Positions 16,003-23,269 of a DNA stretch of 23,478 nt are shown in pieces (the first letter of the stretch is position 1; the number at the start of each line of letters is the position of its first letter). The DNA is from a virus. A program made the translations under genes and the position numbers. The notes under the pieces are model-generated. The model was not told where the DNA came from, did no database searches, and was given only the letters and a program-made list of their open reading frames with translations. The DNA lies in IMG/VR virus record IMGVR_UViG_3300038365_000177. One strand, written 5' to 3'.

Positions 16003-17038
16003 GATTGCTCACTCTCCCACTGGTCCACCCTCGGTATGTTCAGCATGGCCCTTTCCTCGGCCAGCCTGCCGTACTCCGGGTTGATCTCGATGCCGATGGC
16101 CTCGATGTCGTTCTGTCGGCAGTATTCCAGGACGGTCCCACTCCCGGCGAAAGGGTCCAGAACTACCCCCCCCCAGATGGACAGCCGGCGCGGATCATTC
16201 GTTCAATGAGCGCCGTTGGGAACGAGGCGAAGTGGCTCCCACGGTATCCCTTGGTGGGGATGGACCACACTGATCTCATGTTCCTAGTGATGGTGGCCTC
16301 GCGCTTGCCTACCCAATAGCTGTGGTTGCCAGCATCCTTCATCTCCAGGTTCTTCGGACCGCCAAAGGCGTAGTCGTAACGCTTGATGCTGGCCTCCTTC
16401 ATCGGCTCCTTCTGCTGAGCGAAATAGTGGTCGTTGGCGAGGGTGAAGAAAAGGACATCCTCATAGTCGACGGTGAAGCGGTCTGCGATGCTGGACGGCA
16501 TGGCGTTCGGCTTTTGCCAGATGATGCGGTTACGGAGCTTCCAGCCGTGCTCTGACATGGCCAGGGAGAAGCGGGAGGGGACCTGGAGCAGGCCCTTGTC
16601 CTCGTAGGAGTCGCCGAGGATGACCCAGCAGGTGCCCTTGGGCGAGAGGACGCGCTTCACTTCATCGAAGATGCCTACGAGATGCTGGATGAACAGATCC
16701 GGGGTCGGTTCGAGGCCAAGCTGGCCACGCCACGCACCGCATAGAGAGCAGGAATAGCCCTTGTGCAGCCTGCCAGACGTGTTGCTCCTGGCCTCTTCCT
16801 GCCCCCTAGTGTTCCCGAAATCTCGCCCGTCATGATCTCTCCTGGGGCGCATTACCTTGCTCCCCTGGTCCATCCAGTCGTGAGGGCAGAGCGGATCGCC
16901 GCCCCAGATGAGGGGCTCGGTTCCGTAGTCGCGGAGGAGGTAGTATGGCGGGGAGGTCACGACGCAATCGACCGAGGCCTCGGGGAGCGTCTTGAGCACA
17001 TCGGCGCAGTTGCCGACGATCAGGCGCTGGCCGGTCAT
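15999..17038 (-). pseudogene. Beta-class N4C/N6A DNA methyltransferase, frameshifted at a G9 tract (OFF state or sequencing indel)
   Basis: Motif IV VTSPPY is N-terminal. The reading stops at GGG GGG GGG TAG (16163). G7 or G10 restores GVVLDPFAGSGTVLEY...IGIEINPEY, ending at TGA 15999, which overlaps the next GTG. Confidence 0.9.
16166..16174 (-). repeat. Poly-G9 tract (C9 on the plus strand)
   Basis: Counted directly. Second-longest homopolymer I found in the window. Confidence 0.9.
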
Positions 17039-17103
17039 GCTCCGCCCCCTTGGATCCCGAACTCGGCCTCGAAGTCCCTTATGGACGTCTGATCATCATC
17101 CAT
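17035..17103 (-). CDS. Possible 22-aa coupling peptide MDDDQTSIRDFEAEFGIQGGGA
   Basis: SD GGAGG upstream and ATGA overlap with the N4/N6 MTase start. Confidence 0.35.
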   Translation of the reverse strand: MDDDQTSIRDFEAEFGIQGGGA

Positions 17104-17591
17104 CAGCACTCCCTCCATGATGCCATCCGTCCAGAGTGGCTTGTCGTCCGCCGTCGATCTGTTGGGACAGAACGACGATGATACTGGGGAACGTGGCCGG
17201 AGCCGCCGTCCCCCCCCCCCCCTTCGGATTCGAACTTGAGGCGGCCGCGAACGAAGCGGACCTCTGCCCCAATGTCCAGCAAGCGGTGAAACCATCTGGT
17301 GTCGGTCCTGGCCGGCAGGAGCATGACTATCCTAGTGCAGCGGTGCGACTCCTGGATGGCCTTATCGATCCATTGGGCGATGACAGCGCCGTATGGGGGG
17401 TTGACGAATACTGAGCCGTCCCACGGCTGGGCGAGGCCATCTTCCTCCACGGTGTAGTGTCGTTCACACTTGGCGTTGCTGTGTGAACTGGCCGGGTCCA
17501 GGTCGAAGGAGAACTCCTCGTCCAGTTCGATGAAGAGGTCGCGTGGGGTACCCCACTCGCACGTTTTGGACGTGGCCATGTAGCCGGCCAT
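17096..17591 (-). pseudogene. Phage Dam-like N6-adenine DNA methyltransferase (PF05869-type), frameshifted at a G13 tract
   Basis: EWGTP, FDLDPAS, VNPPY, LLPARTDTRWF and RGRLKF motifs. G12 restores the family-type end APATFPSIIVVL with a stop at 17096. G13 gives an aberrant tail stopping at 17103. Confidence 0.88.
17210..17222 (-). repeat. Poly-G13 tract (C13 on the plus strand)
   Basis: Counted directly. Longest homopolymer I found in the window. Confidence 0.9.
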
Positions 17592-17908
17592 CAGCGCACC
17601 CCCACGAGGTCAGAGGGTTTGATCGCCGAGCGGCTATGACGGCCCTGCTTGCATGCCCTCTCATGCATGATCAGGATGCCCCTGTTTCGAAAGATGCGGG
17701 GGCAGTGGGCGCACTTAAAGCCGTCATCCGGGTCGGCGAGCGGCAGCTCGTCCTTGTATCTCTCCTTCCAGGCCTGGAATAGGTCGCTCCGCTCTCTGAC
17801 CGGAAGCTCGCCGTGCACTCTGTTGATATGAGTGCGGCAGCTGGTGCCAGCGCGGGGCAGACGGGCATCACATCCCTCGACCGGGCAGGGGGCGCGGCCG
17901 TCGTCCAT
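17591..17908 (-). CDS. 105-aa protein with two C2H2/C2HC zinc fingers
   Basis: CPVEGC...HINRVH and CAHC..F.....L..HERAC. TGATG overlaps at both ends. Confidence 0.8.
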   Translation of the reverse strand: MDDGRAPCPVEGCDARLPRAGTSCRTHINRVHGELPVRERSDLFQAWKERYKDELPLADPDDGFKCAHCPRIFRNRGILIMHERACKQGRHSRSAIKPSDLVGVR

Positions 17909-18218
17909 CAGCGACCACCGCCCCAATCCTCGCCGGTGATCCGCTTGAACAGCATCTCCAGGTCCCGGTCGAAGGCTCCCTGTGGGATGGGGTCGGACTT
18001 CATCGGCTTGACCCGCCGGATGATCCAGTCCATGACCTCCACCTTCTTGTTGGGGAACCGTTCAGCCTTCTTCTTCTCCAGCAGCTTCTTGAGAGCGGAG
18101 GCCTCCACCCTAATCTTGAACCTCTCGGCCCGGAAGGTCCGGTACTTGAGGCCTTTTCCTCGACCTCCTCGGAGACTTCCAGCGTGACCTCGTTGAGCTC
18201 CAGGTCCATTTGTGGCAT
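17908..18218 (-). CDS. ~103-aa hypothetical protein split by an apparent -1 frameshift at GAGGAAAAG
   Basis: SD + ATG 18218 frame gives MPQMDLELNEVTLEVSEEVEEK. Protein-like sequence continues in the -1 frame (GLKYRTFRAERFKIRVE...WGGGR), whose stop overlaps the next ATG. Confidence 0.6.
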
Positions 18219-18220
18219 GG

Positions 18221-18466
18221 TCACACCCTCCTCTCGAACTGACGCTCCTCCAATGCCTTACGGAGCTCTCGGATCGCCAGATGGTCAGACCCAAGGAGGT
18301 CCCTCATCACGGCGAGGGAGACCGATATGGCCTCATACTCACTCAGGTAGAGGACCTCTAGGTCGCATGAGTGCGTATGAGTGAGGTCGTAGCCACCCTG
18401 GAGCATGGCGATAAGCCGCACCTGGACCCCATCGATACTCTCGTCCAGGAGTATTTTGTTAGGCAT
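18221..18466 (-). CDS. 81-aa hypothetical protein
   Basis: Starts and ends within junction repeats, with SD GAGGAGG. Confidence 0.7.
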   Translation of the reverse strand: MPNKILLDESIDGVQVRLIAMLQGGYDLTHTHSCDLEVLYLSEYEAISVSLAVMRDLLGSDHLAIRELRKALEERQFERRV

Positions 18467-18468
18467 GG

Positions 18469-18693
18469 TCACACCCTCCTCTCGGCCATGAGGCCGTCGA
18501 TGAACGTCTCCACGTCGCGCAGGCACCCGGGGCTCCAGAGCGTCATCTCCCGGGGGAAGAAACAGTACTGACGCCACGGACTATGCCACATGACCATGCC
18601 GAGAAGGGTCCCCTCCCGAGCGGCGATGACCTTGAAGGTCTTGGTCTTGCCAGTGATCGGGGCTTCCTGGAAAGTGATATAGCTCCCAGGCAT
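18469..18693 (-). CDS. 74-aa phage-type hypothetical protein (W..PWRQYCFFP motif)
   Basis: Starts and ends within junction repeats. The track's longer N-terminus is a shadow frame. Confidence 0.75.
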   Translation of the reverse strand: MPGSYITFQEAPITGKTKTFKVIAAREGTLLGMVMWHSPWRQYCFFPREMTLWSPGCLRDVETFIDGLMAERRV

Positions 18694-18695
18694 GG

Positions 18696-18962
18696 TCACT
18701 GCCTCCTCTTGCCGACCAGGCAGCCGACGCGCTGATACATGCGGCCGTTTCCGGGATCCCACCATACCCAGGTCCAGGGCTTCGACCCCTCCAGGTTGGT
18801 GCAGTTGGAGCCTACCGCCGTCCCTGGCATGCTGGTGCCTATGGGGGATCCGTTGTGTACGCACTCCGCGCAATGGATCAGGGACGCTCTCTGCTCGTCT
18901 GTCAGGGGGGAGGATATCATGCCGAGACGGTCGGTGACTATCAGGAGCCGTTCGTCGGTCAT
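18696..18962 (-). CDS. 88-aa Cys-containing hypothetical protein
   Basis: ATGA overlap. Contains CAEC...C...C. Confidence 0.65.
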   Translation of the reverse strand: MTDERLLIVTDRLGMISSPLTDEQRASLIHCAECVHNGSPIGTSMPGTAVGSNCTNLEGSKPWTWVWWDPGNGRMYQRVGCLVGKRRQ

Positions 18963-19402
18963 GCTCCACCTCCCTCCTCGGTCTGACCAAGGATGCTGGC
19001 CACGTACTCATCCTCCGAGCGCTTGTTATTGACCCGGATGGTCGCAGTTCTCAGCTCCTCCAGATGAGAGATGGCATCGCGCCGGAGGTCCTCCTCGGCG
19101 GAGCGCCGGGCCTGGATGACGTGCTGGCGCTCTGAGAGCCAGAGAGCGCGATCGACCACGCGGCGAATGTCGTCCTGGTCGAGGCCCTTGGCGGCGAGGT
19201 CGTCGATGATCTCGGAGGCGATGCGGTAGTAGGGGTCGTCCGTCATTACCGTGGACGCACCATAGAAGCCGCACTCCGGGCACTCGTAATGGCCTCTCCA
19301 GCCGATCGTGCACTTGTGGCCGGCCTTGACCATGCTGACGGTCTTCCCGCGCTGCTGGAGGCAATCCTCGCAGATGGGGAGGTCTTCTCTGTTCTGTGAC
19401 AT
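18959..19402 (-). CDS. 147-aa zinc-ribbon protein with a helical C-terminus
   Basis: CEDC...CPECG. TAATG overlap with SD GGAGG. Confidence 0.75.
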   Translation of the reverse strand: MSQNREDLPICEDCLQQRGKTVSMVKAGHKCTIGWRGHYECPECGFYGASTVMTDDPYYRIASEIIDDLAAKGLDQDDIRRVVDRALWLSERQHVIQARRSAEEDLRRDAISHLEELRTATIRVNNKRSEDEYVASILGQTEEGGGA

Positions 19403-19512
19403 TAACGTCCCTCCCGAGGGTCCTGGGGTCGATCGCGAGGCTTACGGAGCAGGAAGATGGCCACGGCGGTCAGGAAACCCAGGGCGAAGCCGTATCCGAT
19501 GGCCATCAGCAT
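19402..19512 (-). CDS. 36-aa single-TM peptide
   Basis: MLMAIGYGFALGFLTAVAIFLLRKPR... Its stop overlaps the next ATG. Confidence 0.55.
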   Translation of the reverse strand: MLMAIGYGFALGFLTAVAIFLLRKPRDRPQDPREGR

Positions 19513-19850
19513 GATGGCACCCCGTCGACTGGTTCCTGACGGTAGCGGCCGGAGATTCTGGTCCTTCGGACCTCATACCAGGGGAGCTTTCGCATCTCCA
19601 TGTAGCCGTGAGCTCCGGTCGTCACCTCGACCAGGCCAATGGGCTCAAGGTCCTGGTCGGCGTGAACAACGAAGGAGGTTGGACAGTCCTCGCTCTGGCA
19701 GACGTACTCGAAGGAGTACGGGCGGCGGTCGTCCGAGGTCTCCGACGCGGCCTCCATCTCTGCCTCGCTGCCACAGATGGGGCAACGGCACTTGCGGTAC
19801 AGCTCCCAGGCGGCAGTGACCTGGTCGATGGTGGCGTATGGATCGCTCAA
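19506..19850 (-). CDS. ~114-aa zinc-ribbon protein (probable TTG start)
   Basis: CPICG...CQSEDC. TTGA overlap with the upstream stop and SD GGTGG. Confidence 0.6.
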   Translation of the reverse strand: MSDPYATIDQVTAAWELYRKCRCPICGSEAEMEAASETSDDRRPYSFEYVCQSEDCPTSFVVHADQDLEPIGLVEVTTGAHGYMEMRKLPWYEVRRTRISGRYRQEPVDGVPSC

Positions 19851-19972
19851 AGTCCCACCATCCAGGCGATGCCGAAAGCGACGATCCCGAAGGTCACGAC
19901 GATGATCAGCGCGTGCTTGACGTACCTCAGCATGATGGGGAAGTCCTCCGAGCATGGCCCCATCGTGGTCAT
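19847..19972 (-). CDS. 41-aa single-TM peptide
   Basis: ...HALIIVVTFGIVAFGIAWMVGL. ATGA overlap with the ASCH gene stop. Confidence 0.55.
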   Translation of the reverse strand: MTTMGPCSEDFPIMLRYVKHALIIVVTFGIVAFGIAWMVGL

Positions 19973-20535
19973 TGGGCATCACCGCCCTGGTCGAGGTCCA
20001 GATAGGCATCTTCCGGTCTCCACCGGATGATCTGGAAGGTCTTGCCGGAGATGGTCCCATTGAGGCCTTGCAGGACGGCGCGAAGGCCGTGGCCGGTGGG
20101 AGGATCGATATGGTCCTGCCGTGCCAAGTGGTCGGCCAGCATCCCGCTCCATTTACCGGTAAATATCGCTCCTGGCCGGATGATGGTGAAGCCATCCTTG
20201 CTGTCGATGCGAAGCTCCTCGACGGACGCCACCTCAACGGTCAGCCGCCATTTGGACCATGACGAATGGTACGGGCGTCCCCTCCAGCCGTGGAAGATGA
20301 TGGTGTCCCCGGCGTGGATGCGTCTCCGAGGGCCGGCGTTAGGGTTGATCTCCCGGATGGTCTGGCAACATTCTCCCTGGAGCACCGCCGCGATCTTCGG
20401 CGCATAGGTGAAGGCCTTGAGATGGGTGCGGGGGTGGAGGTTGACGACCTCGGGAACCTCCTGCTCCAAGTACCATTCGAGGTCGGCCGATTCCCTGCCC
20501 AGGTGGGTGGTTGTAACCGAGTTACAAGAGATCAT
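19969..20535 (-). CDS. ASCH (PUA-like) domain protein, 188 aa
   Basis: AFTYAPKIAAVLQGECCQTIR...IHAGDTIIFHGW matches the ASCH GxKxxxIR...GD pattern loosely (C in place of K). SD GGAGG, TGAcATG junction. Confidence 0.7.
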   Translation of the reverse strand: MISCNSVTTTHLGRESADLEWYLEQEVPEVVNLHPRTHLKAFTYAPKIAAVLQGECCQTIREINPNAGPRRRIHAGDTIIFHGWRGRPYHSSWSKWRLTVEVASVEELRIDSKDGFTIIRPGAIFTGKWSGMLADHLARQDHIDPPTGHGLRAVLQGLNGTISGKTFQIIRWRPEDAYLDLDQGGDAQ

Positions 20536-20536
20536 G

Positions 20537-20725
20537 TCACTCCTCCAGCACTCGGGCGATGAGGGATTTCTTGCGCCATGCCTCCTTGCTCTCCCCCATG
20601 TACCTGATCCTTGCCTTGGTCTCGGTGGTCTTGATGACCGTGGCCAGGCAGAATCGGTTATGACGGATGGCAAACACGGTATCACCGGCCTTGAACTCCT
20701 CCAGCATCTCTGGTCCAGCCATCAT
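20537..20725 (-). CDS. 62-aa Tudor/SH3-like beta-barrel protein
   Basis: FKAGDTVFAIRHNRFCLATVI...ARIRYMG..EAW follows the Tudor pattern. TGATG overlap. Confidence 0.55.
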   Translation of the reverse strand: MMAGPEMLEEFKAGDTVFAIRHNRFCLATVIKTTETKARIRYMGESKEAWRKKSLIARVLEE

Positions 20726-20865
20726 CAAAAGTCCCCCCTGGGAGGGTCCCTCCGGGTCAGGGCCACGATGACCCACCGGCAATCCTTGTTCTGGCAGTTC
20801 CACTTGAGCGAGTCCCTAACGTCCGGCTCCAGGTTCCCAGAGCCACATACCGGGCAGGTAGGCAT
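20725..20865 (-). CDS. 46-aa zinc-ribbon peptide (below the track cut-off)
   Basis: MPTCPVCGSGNL...WNCQNKDC. Starts at a TGACCATGCC junction and its stop overlaps the next ATG. Confidence 0.7.
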   Translation of the reverse strand: MPTCPVCGSGNLEPDVRDSLKWNCQNKDCRWVIVALTRRDPPRGDF

Positions 20866-20867
20866 GG

Positions 20868-21173
20868 TCAAAGCCCCCTTATACGGGAGAGCCAGGCTTC
20901 CTTGGCCTCTTTTTCGGTGATGTTCTGGACGATGCTCCCCTTATTCTTGGGGGTTTCAAGGTCAGGCTCTGGCGTACCTGTGTCTGTGTCCGGCTCTGGC
21001 ACAACTTTGCGGTTGACGACCCACACGCCGTCGATCTTCTCGACGGTGTTGCCGGAGAGCTCCAGTTCCGTAATGGCGGTCCAACCCAGAAATCCGCGGA
21101 AGAGGGAGTTGGGCTTGTAGACGCGGTTGTAAATCATCCGGACGTAGTGGTTTCGGAGATAGGACGATATCAT
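20868..21173 (-). CDS. 101-aa hypothetical protein
   Basis: ATGA overlap at 21173. The track's extension to 21455 overlaps a better-supported gene. Confidence 0.65.
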   Translation of the reverse strand: MISSYLRNHYVRMIYNRVYKPNSLFRGFLGWTAITELELSGNTVEKIDGVWVVNRKVVPEPDTDTGTPEPDLETPKNKGSIVQNITEKEAKEAWLSRIRGL

Positions 21174-21379
21174 CTTGACATTCCCCCGGGGACGGCCTTC
21201 TCCAGCCTGGTCAGCATGATCCTCAGGTCCGCGATGTCCTGGATGTTCCGGGCCAGCAGGGTATGGACCCTGGTTATTCCCTCGCCCATTCGGTCTGTTG
21301 CCTGGCTCTCTGAGTCCTGGAGACTCGCTCTGATGGCGAGGTCCTCCGGCTCCATCTTGGCTCTCTCGTTGTCGTACAT
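21170..21379 (-). CDS. 69-aa helical/coiled-coil hypothetical protein
   Basis: SD GGAGG and amphipathic helix pattern. Confidence 0.7.
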   Translation of the reverse strand: MYDNERAKMEPEDLAIRASLQDSESQATDRMGEGITRVHTLLARNIQDIADLRIMLTRLEKAVPGGMSR

Positions 21380-21433
21380 CGGTTGCCTCCGATCTCCATG
21401 TTGGAGCGTGATTCTGGACGGGCAGAGCCAGGG

Positions 21434-23041
21434 CTAACACCTCACGTTGTTCCATGTGTCATCCCCAACCCCGGCTCGGCGGCCGGGAGACGCTCTGAGG
21501 GCGATCGCCCCCTTCCCGGCCTTCTTGCCTTTCTTGTTCTTCCGGCGCTTGTTGACCTGCGCCGGATCCCAGGGACGGACCATCTTCTGGCCCGAGTCAG
21601 ATGTAGAATGATGTATGTCCAGAGCCGAAACGAACTGGCTCGGCGGCTTGGGAAGTGGTTTGCTCTCCGGCTCAGGCGGAGGTAGAGGTGCCTGGGCCGG
21701 AGGCGCTGCCGTGGAGGATCGGGAAACGAGGAGCTCGGCGATCTGCCCGATGGCGTCAGCCACCTTGGTCAGAGCGTTCTCGTTGTCCCTGGTGCGTTCA
21801 GAAGTTTTGGCCTGGGCAGCGATCAGGCCCTCGATCTGCTTGTTGTGAGCTGAAATGGTGCGTATGATGGTCCGGACGTCCTGCTGCATGTCCTCTTGGT
21901 TGCGAGATGACTTGAACATCTGGGCGTTGATGAGGAGGGGGTTGGTCCCTCCCTGCATCAGGGCGAGGAAGGCGTTGAGGTTGTGATCCTCATAGTTTCC
22001 ATGCTCCAGGCAAGCCTCCTCCCGTACTACCAGCTCGTCGCCGAGTATCTTCTCGTAGCTGCGGTACAGCCAATCCTCGAACTGCTGGACGGTGCAGCAC
22101 AGCCGCCCCGCTCCGGCAATCTCGTGCTGGCCGGAAATGTCGTTGTTGAAGTGGCACCGCTCGATGAAGAAGAGTGACTGGATGTCGAGGAACCGGACCC
22201 CGGTCCGGGCGGAGAAGATGCCGTCCAGGCGTTGAAGGGCAGCGCGGAACTCGGGAGCGCCGAAGGGAGCCTCGGAGTTGGCGAAGATTATCTTGACGGT
22301 CCCGGTGCCATAGAGCTGGAACTTGATCTTGTAAGAAGCGAAGTCGAAGGTCTCCTGGACGCCGCCCTTGAGCTCCTTGAGCTTGTGCGCTCCGGCCGTC
22401 CACCGCTGATAGAGGCCGTCCGGGTGGAGGGTGTTGAAGAACTGCTCGATGAACTCGGAGCCGGCGAAATCGGGGGTGGGGGGGCGCGATAGGGAGGGTA
22501 TCTTTTTGTAACTTCCTATATCAGCCTTTGCATAATTTTCCCTCACTGGCCCCCTATCGGCATCCTTGCCTTGTTCCGAGGCTTCTTGAGGGGCATCTTC
22601 TAGGGAGTAGTGAACGTCACGGAAAAGGGTGCTGGCCTCCGACCTGTCGCGTATGGCCTTGCGGATGTTCTCCCGCTTGAACGTGAGGTGAAGATCATGG
22701 ACCTTGGGCAGCGACGCCTTGGTCCCGTCGAACATGAGCTCCTTGTTGAGGATTGCGTCCCGCGACAGCTCGGGGACCTTCCATCCCGTCTCGCCGCGGA
22801 CGACCATTTGCTTGCGCTTCATCCGTTGCAGGGTGGGATTCACTGTACCTACTGGCAAGCCGGTCCGGAGGGCTATGATCTTGTTAGAGATCTCGATCTC
22901 GGAAGCGCGGAGTGAAGCGAGGATCTTGTCCTCGGCTGAGCGCTCCCGAGGGGCCTTACCTTTCGTGGTCGATGATGGGGAGGTACTGCAACTCGTTACA
23001 TCGAGTTGCGAAGAGTTGCAACTTTGACCGTTCGCGATCAT
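21434..23041 (-). CDS. 535-aa protein with N-terminal winged HTH, Rep_trans/MobT-like core motifs, coiled coil and basic tail; candidate replication initiator/relaxase
   Basis: wHTH EDKILASL...TGLPVGTVNPTLQRM...GWKV. TBP-like FQLYGTGTVKI. IERCHFNND, RSYEK and VREE occur in Rep_trans motif order. Confidence 0.55.
   Translation of the reverse strand: MIANGQSCNSSQLDVTSCSTSPSSTTKGKAPRERSAEDKILASLRASEIEISNKIIALRTGLPVGTVNPTLQRMKRKQMVVRGETGWKVPELSRDAILNKELMFDGTKASLPKVHDLHLTFKRENIRKAIRDRSEASTLFRDVHYSLEDAPQEASEQGKDADRGPVRENYAKADIGSYKKIPSLSRPPTPDFAGSEFIEQFFNTLHPDGLYQRWTAGAHKLKELKGGVQETFDFASYKIKFQLYGTGTVKIIFANSEAPFGAPEFRAALQRLDGIFSARTGVRFLDIQSLFFIERCHFNNDISGQHEIAGAGRLCCTVQQFEDWLYRSYEKILGDELVVREEACLEHGNYEDHNLNAFLALMQGGTNPLLINAQMFKSSRNQEDMQQDVRTIIRTISAHNKQIEGLIAAQAKTSERTRDNENALTKVADAIGQIAELLVSRSSTAAPPAQAPLPPPEPESKPLPKPPSQFVSALDIHHSTSDSGQKMVRPWDPAQVNKRRKNKKGKKAGKGAIALRASPGRRAGVGDDTWNNVRC
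22988..23023. repeat. Hairpin (8-bp stem gcaactcg/cgagttgc, 6-nt loop) plus 10-bp palindrome agttgcaact
   Basis: Arms at 22988-22995 and 23002-23009, palindrome at 23014-23023, all inside the 5' end of the 535-aa gene. Confidence 0.85.
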
Positions 23042-23269
23042 TCAGTAACAGCCCCCTCCAAGGAGGCTACCGCTGATGCAAACCATCGAACTGTATCCCA
23101 GAAATCTTAAAGAACGGGAACGGGTATCGTGATAGTTGGATTGCATAATTGGTTGCCTCCAATTCTTGCGTCCAGCATGGGATGGGTCCAGGGTGGTTGG
23201 CTCCCGTTCTGTCCCCTCCCCCATGCACTTCTTATCTCTGTTCTCCTCCTGCGGTCATGTTTGCCTCTG

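Larger units (their letters stand above)
18214..18711 (-). repeat. Three 23-bp gene-junction repeats (SD-stop-start)
   Basis: ggcatggtcacaccctcctctcg is identical at 18214-18236 and 18462-18484. A 20/23 copy lies at 18689-18711. A 10-bp core ggcatggtca also occurs at 20861-20870. Confidence 0.92.

Noticed and set aside
17226-17235. GTTCGAATCC tRNA T-loop motif on the minus strand (possible att/tRNA fragment)
   Set aside because: The flanks do not form a T-stem, and it lies in the Dam-like coding frame (KFES).
15999-17591. Restriction-modification system
   Set aside because: No recognisable endonuclease motif (PD-(D/E)xK, HNH, GIY-YIG) lies next to the MTases, so they appear to be orphans.
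19506-21455. Long track versions of ORFs (243 aa, 238 aa, 195 aa, 88 aa)
   Set aside because: Their N-terminal extensions overlap better-supported coupled genes. Internal starts with SD and stop/start overlaps were used instead.
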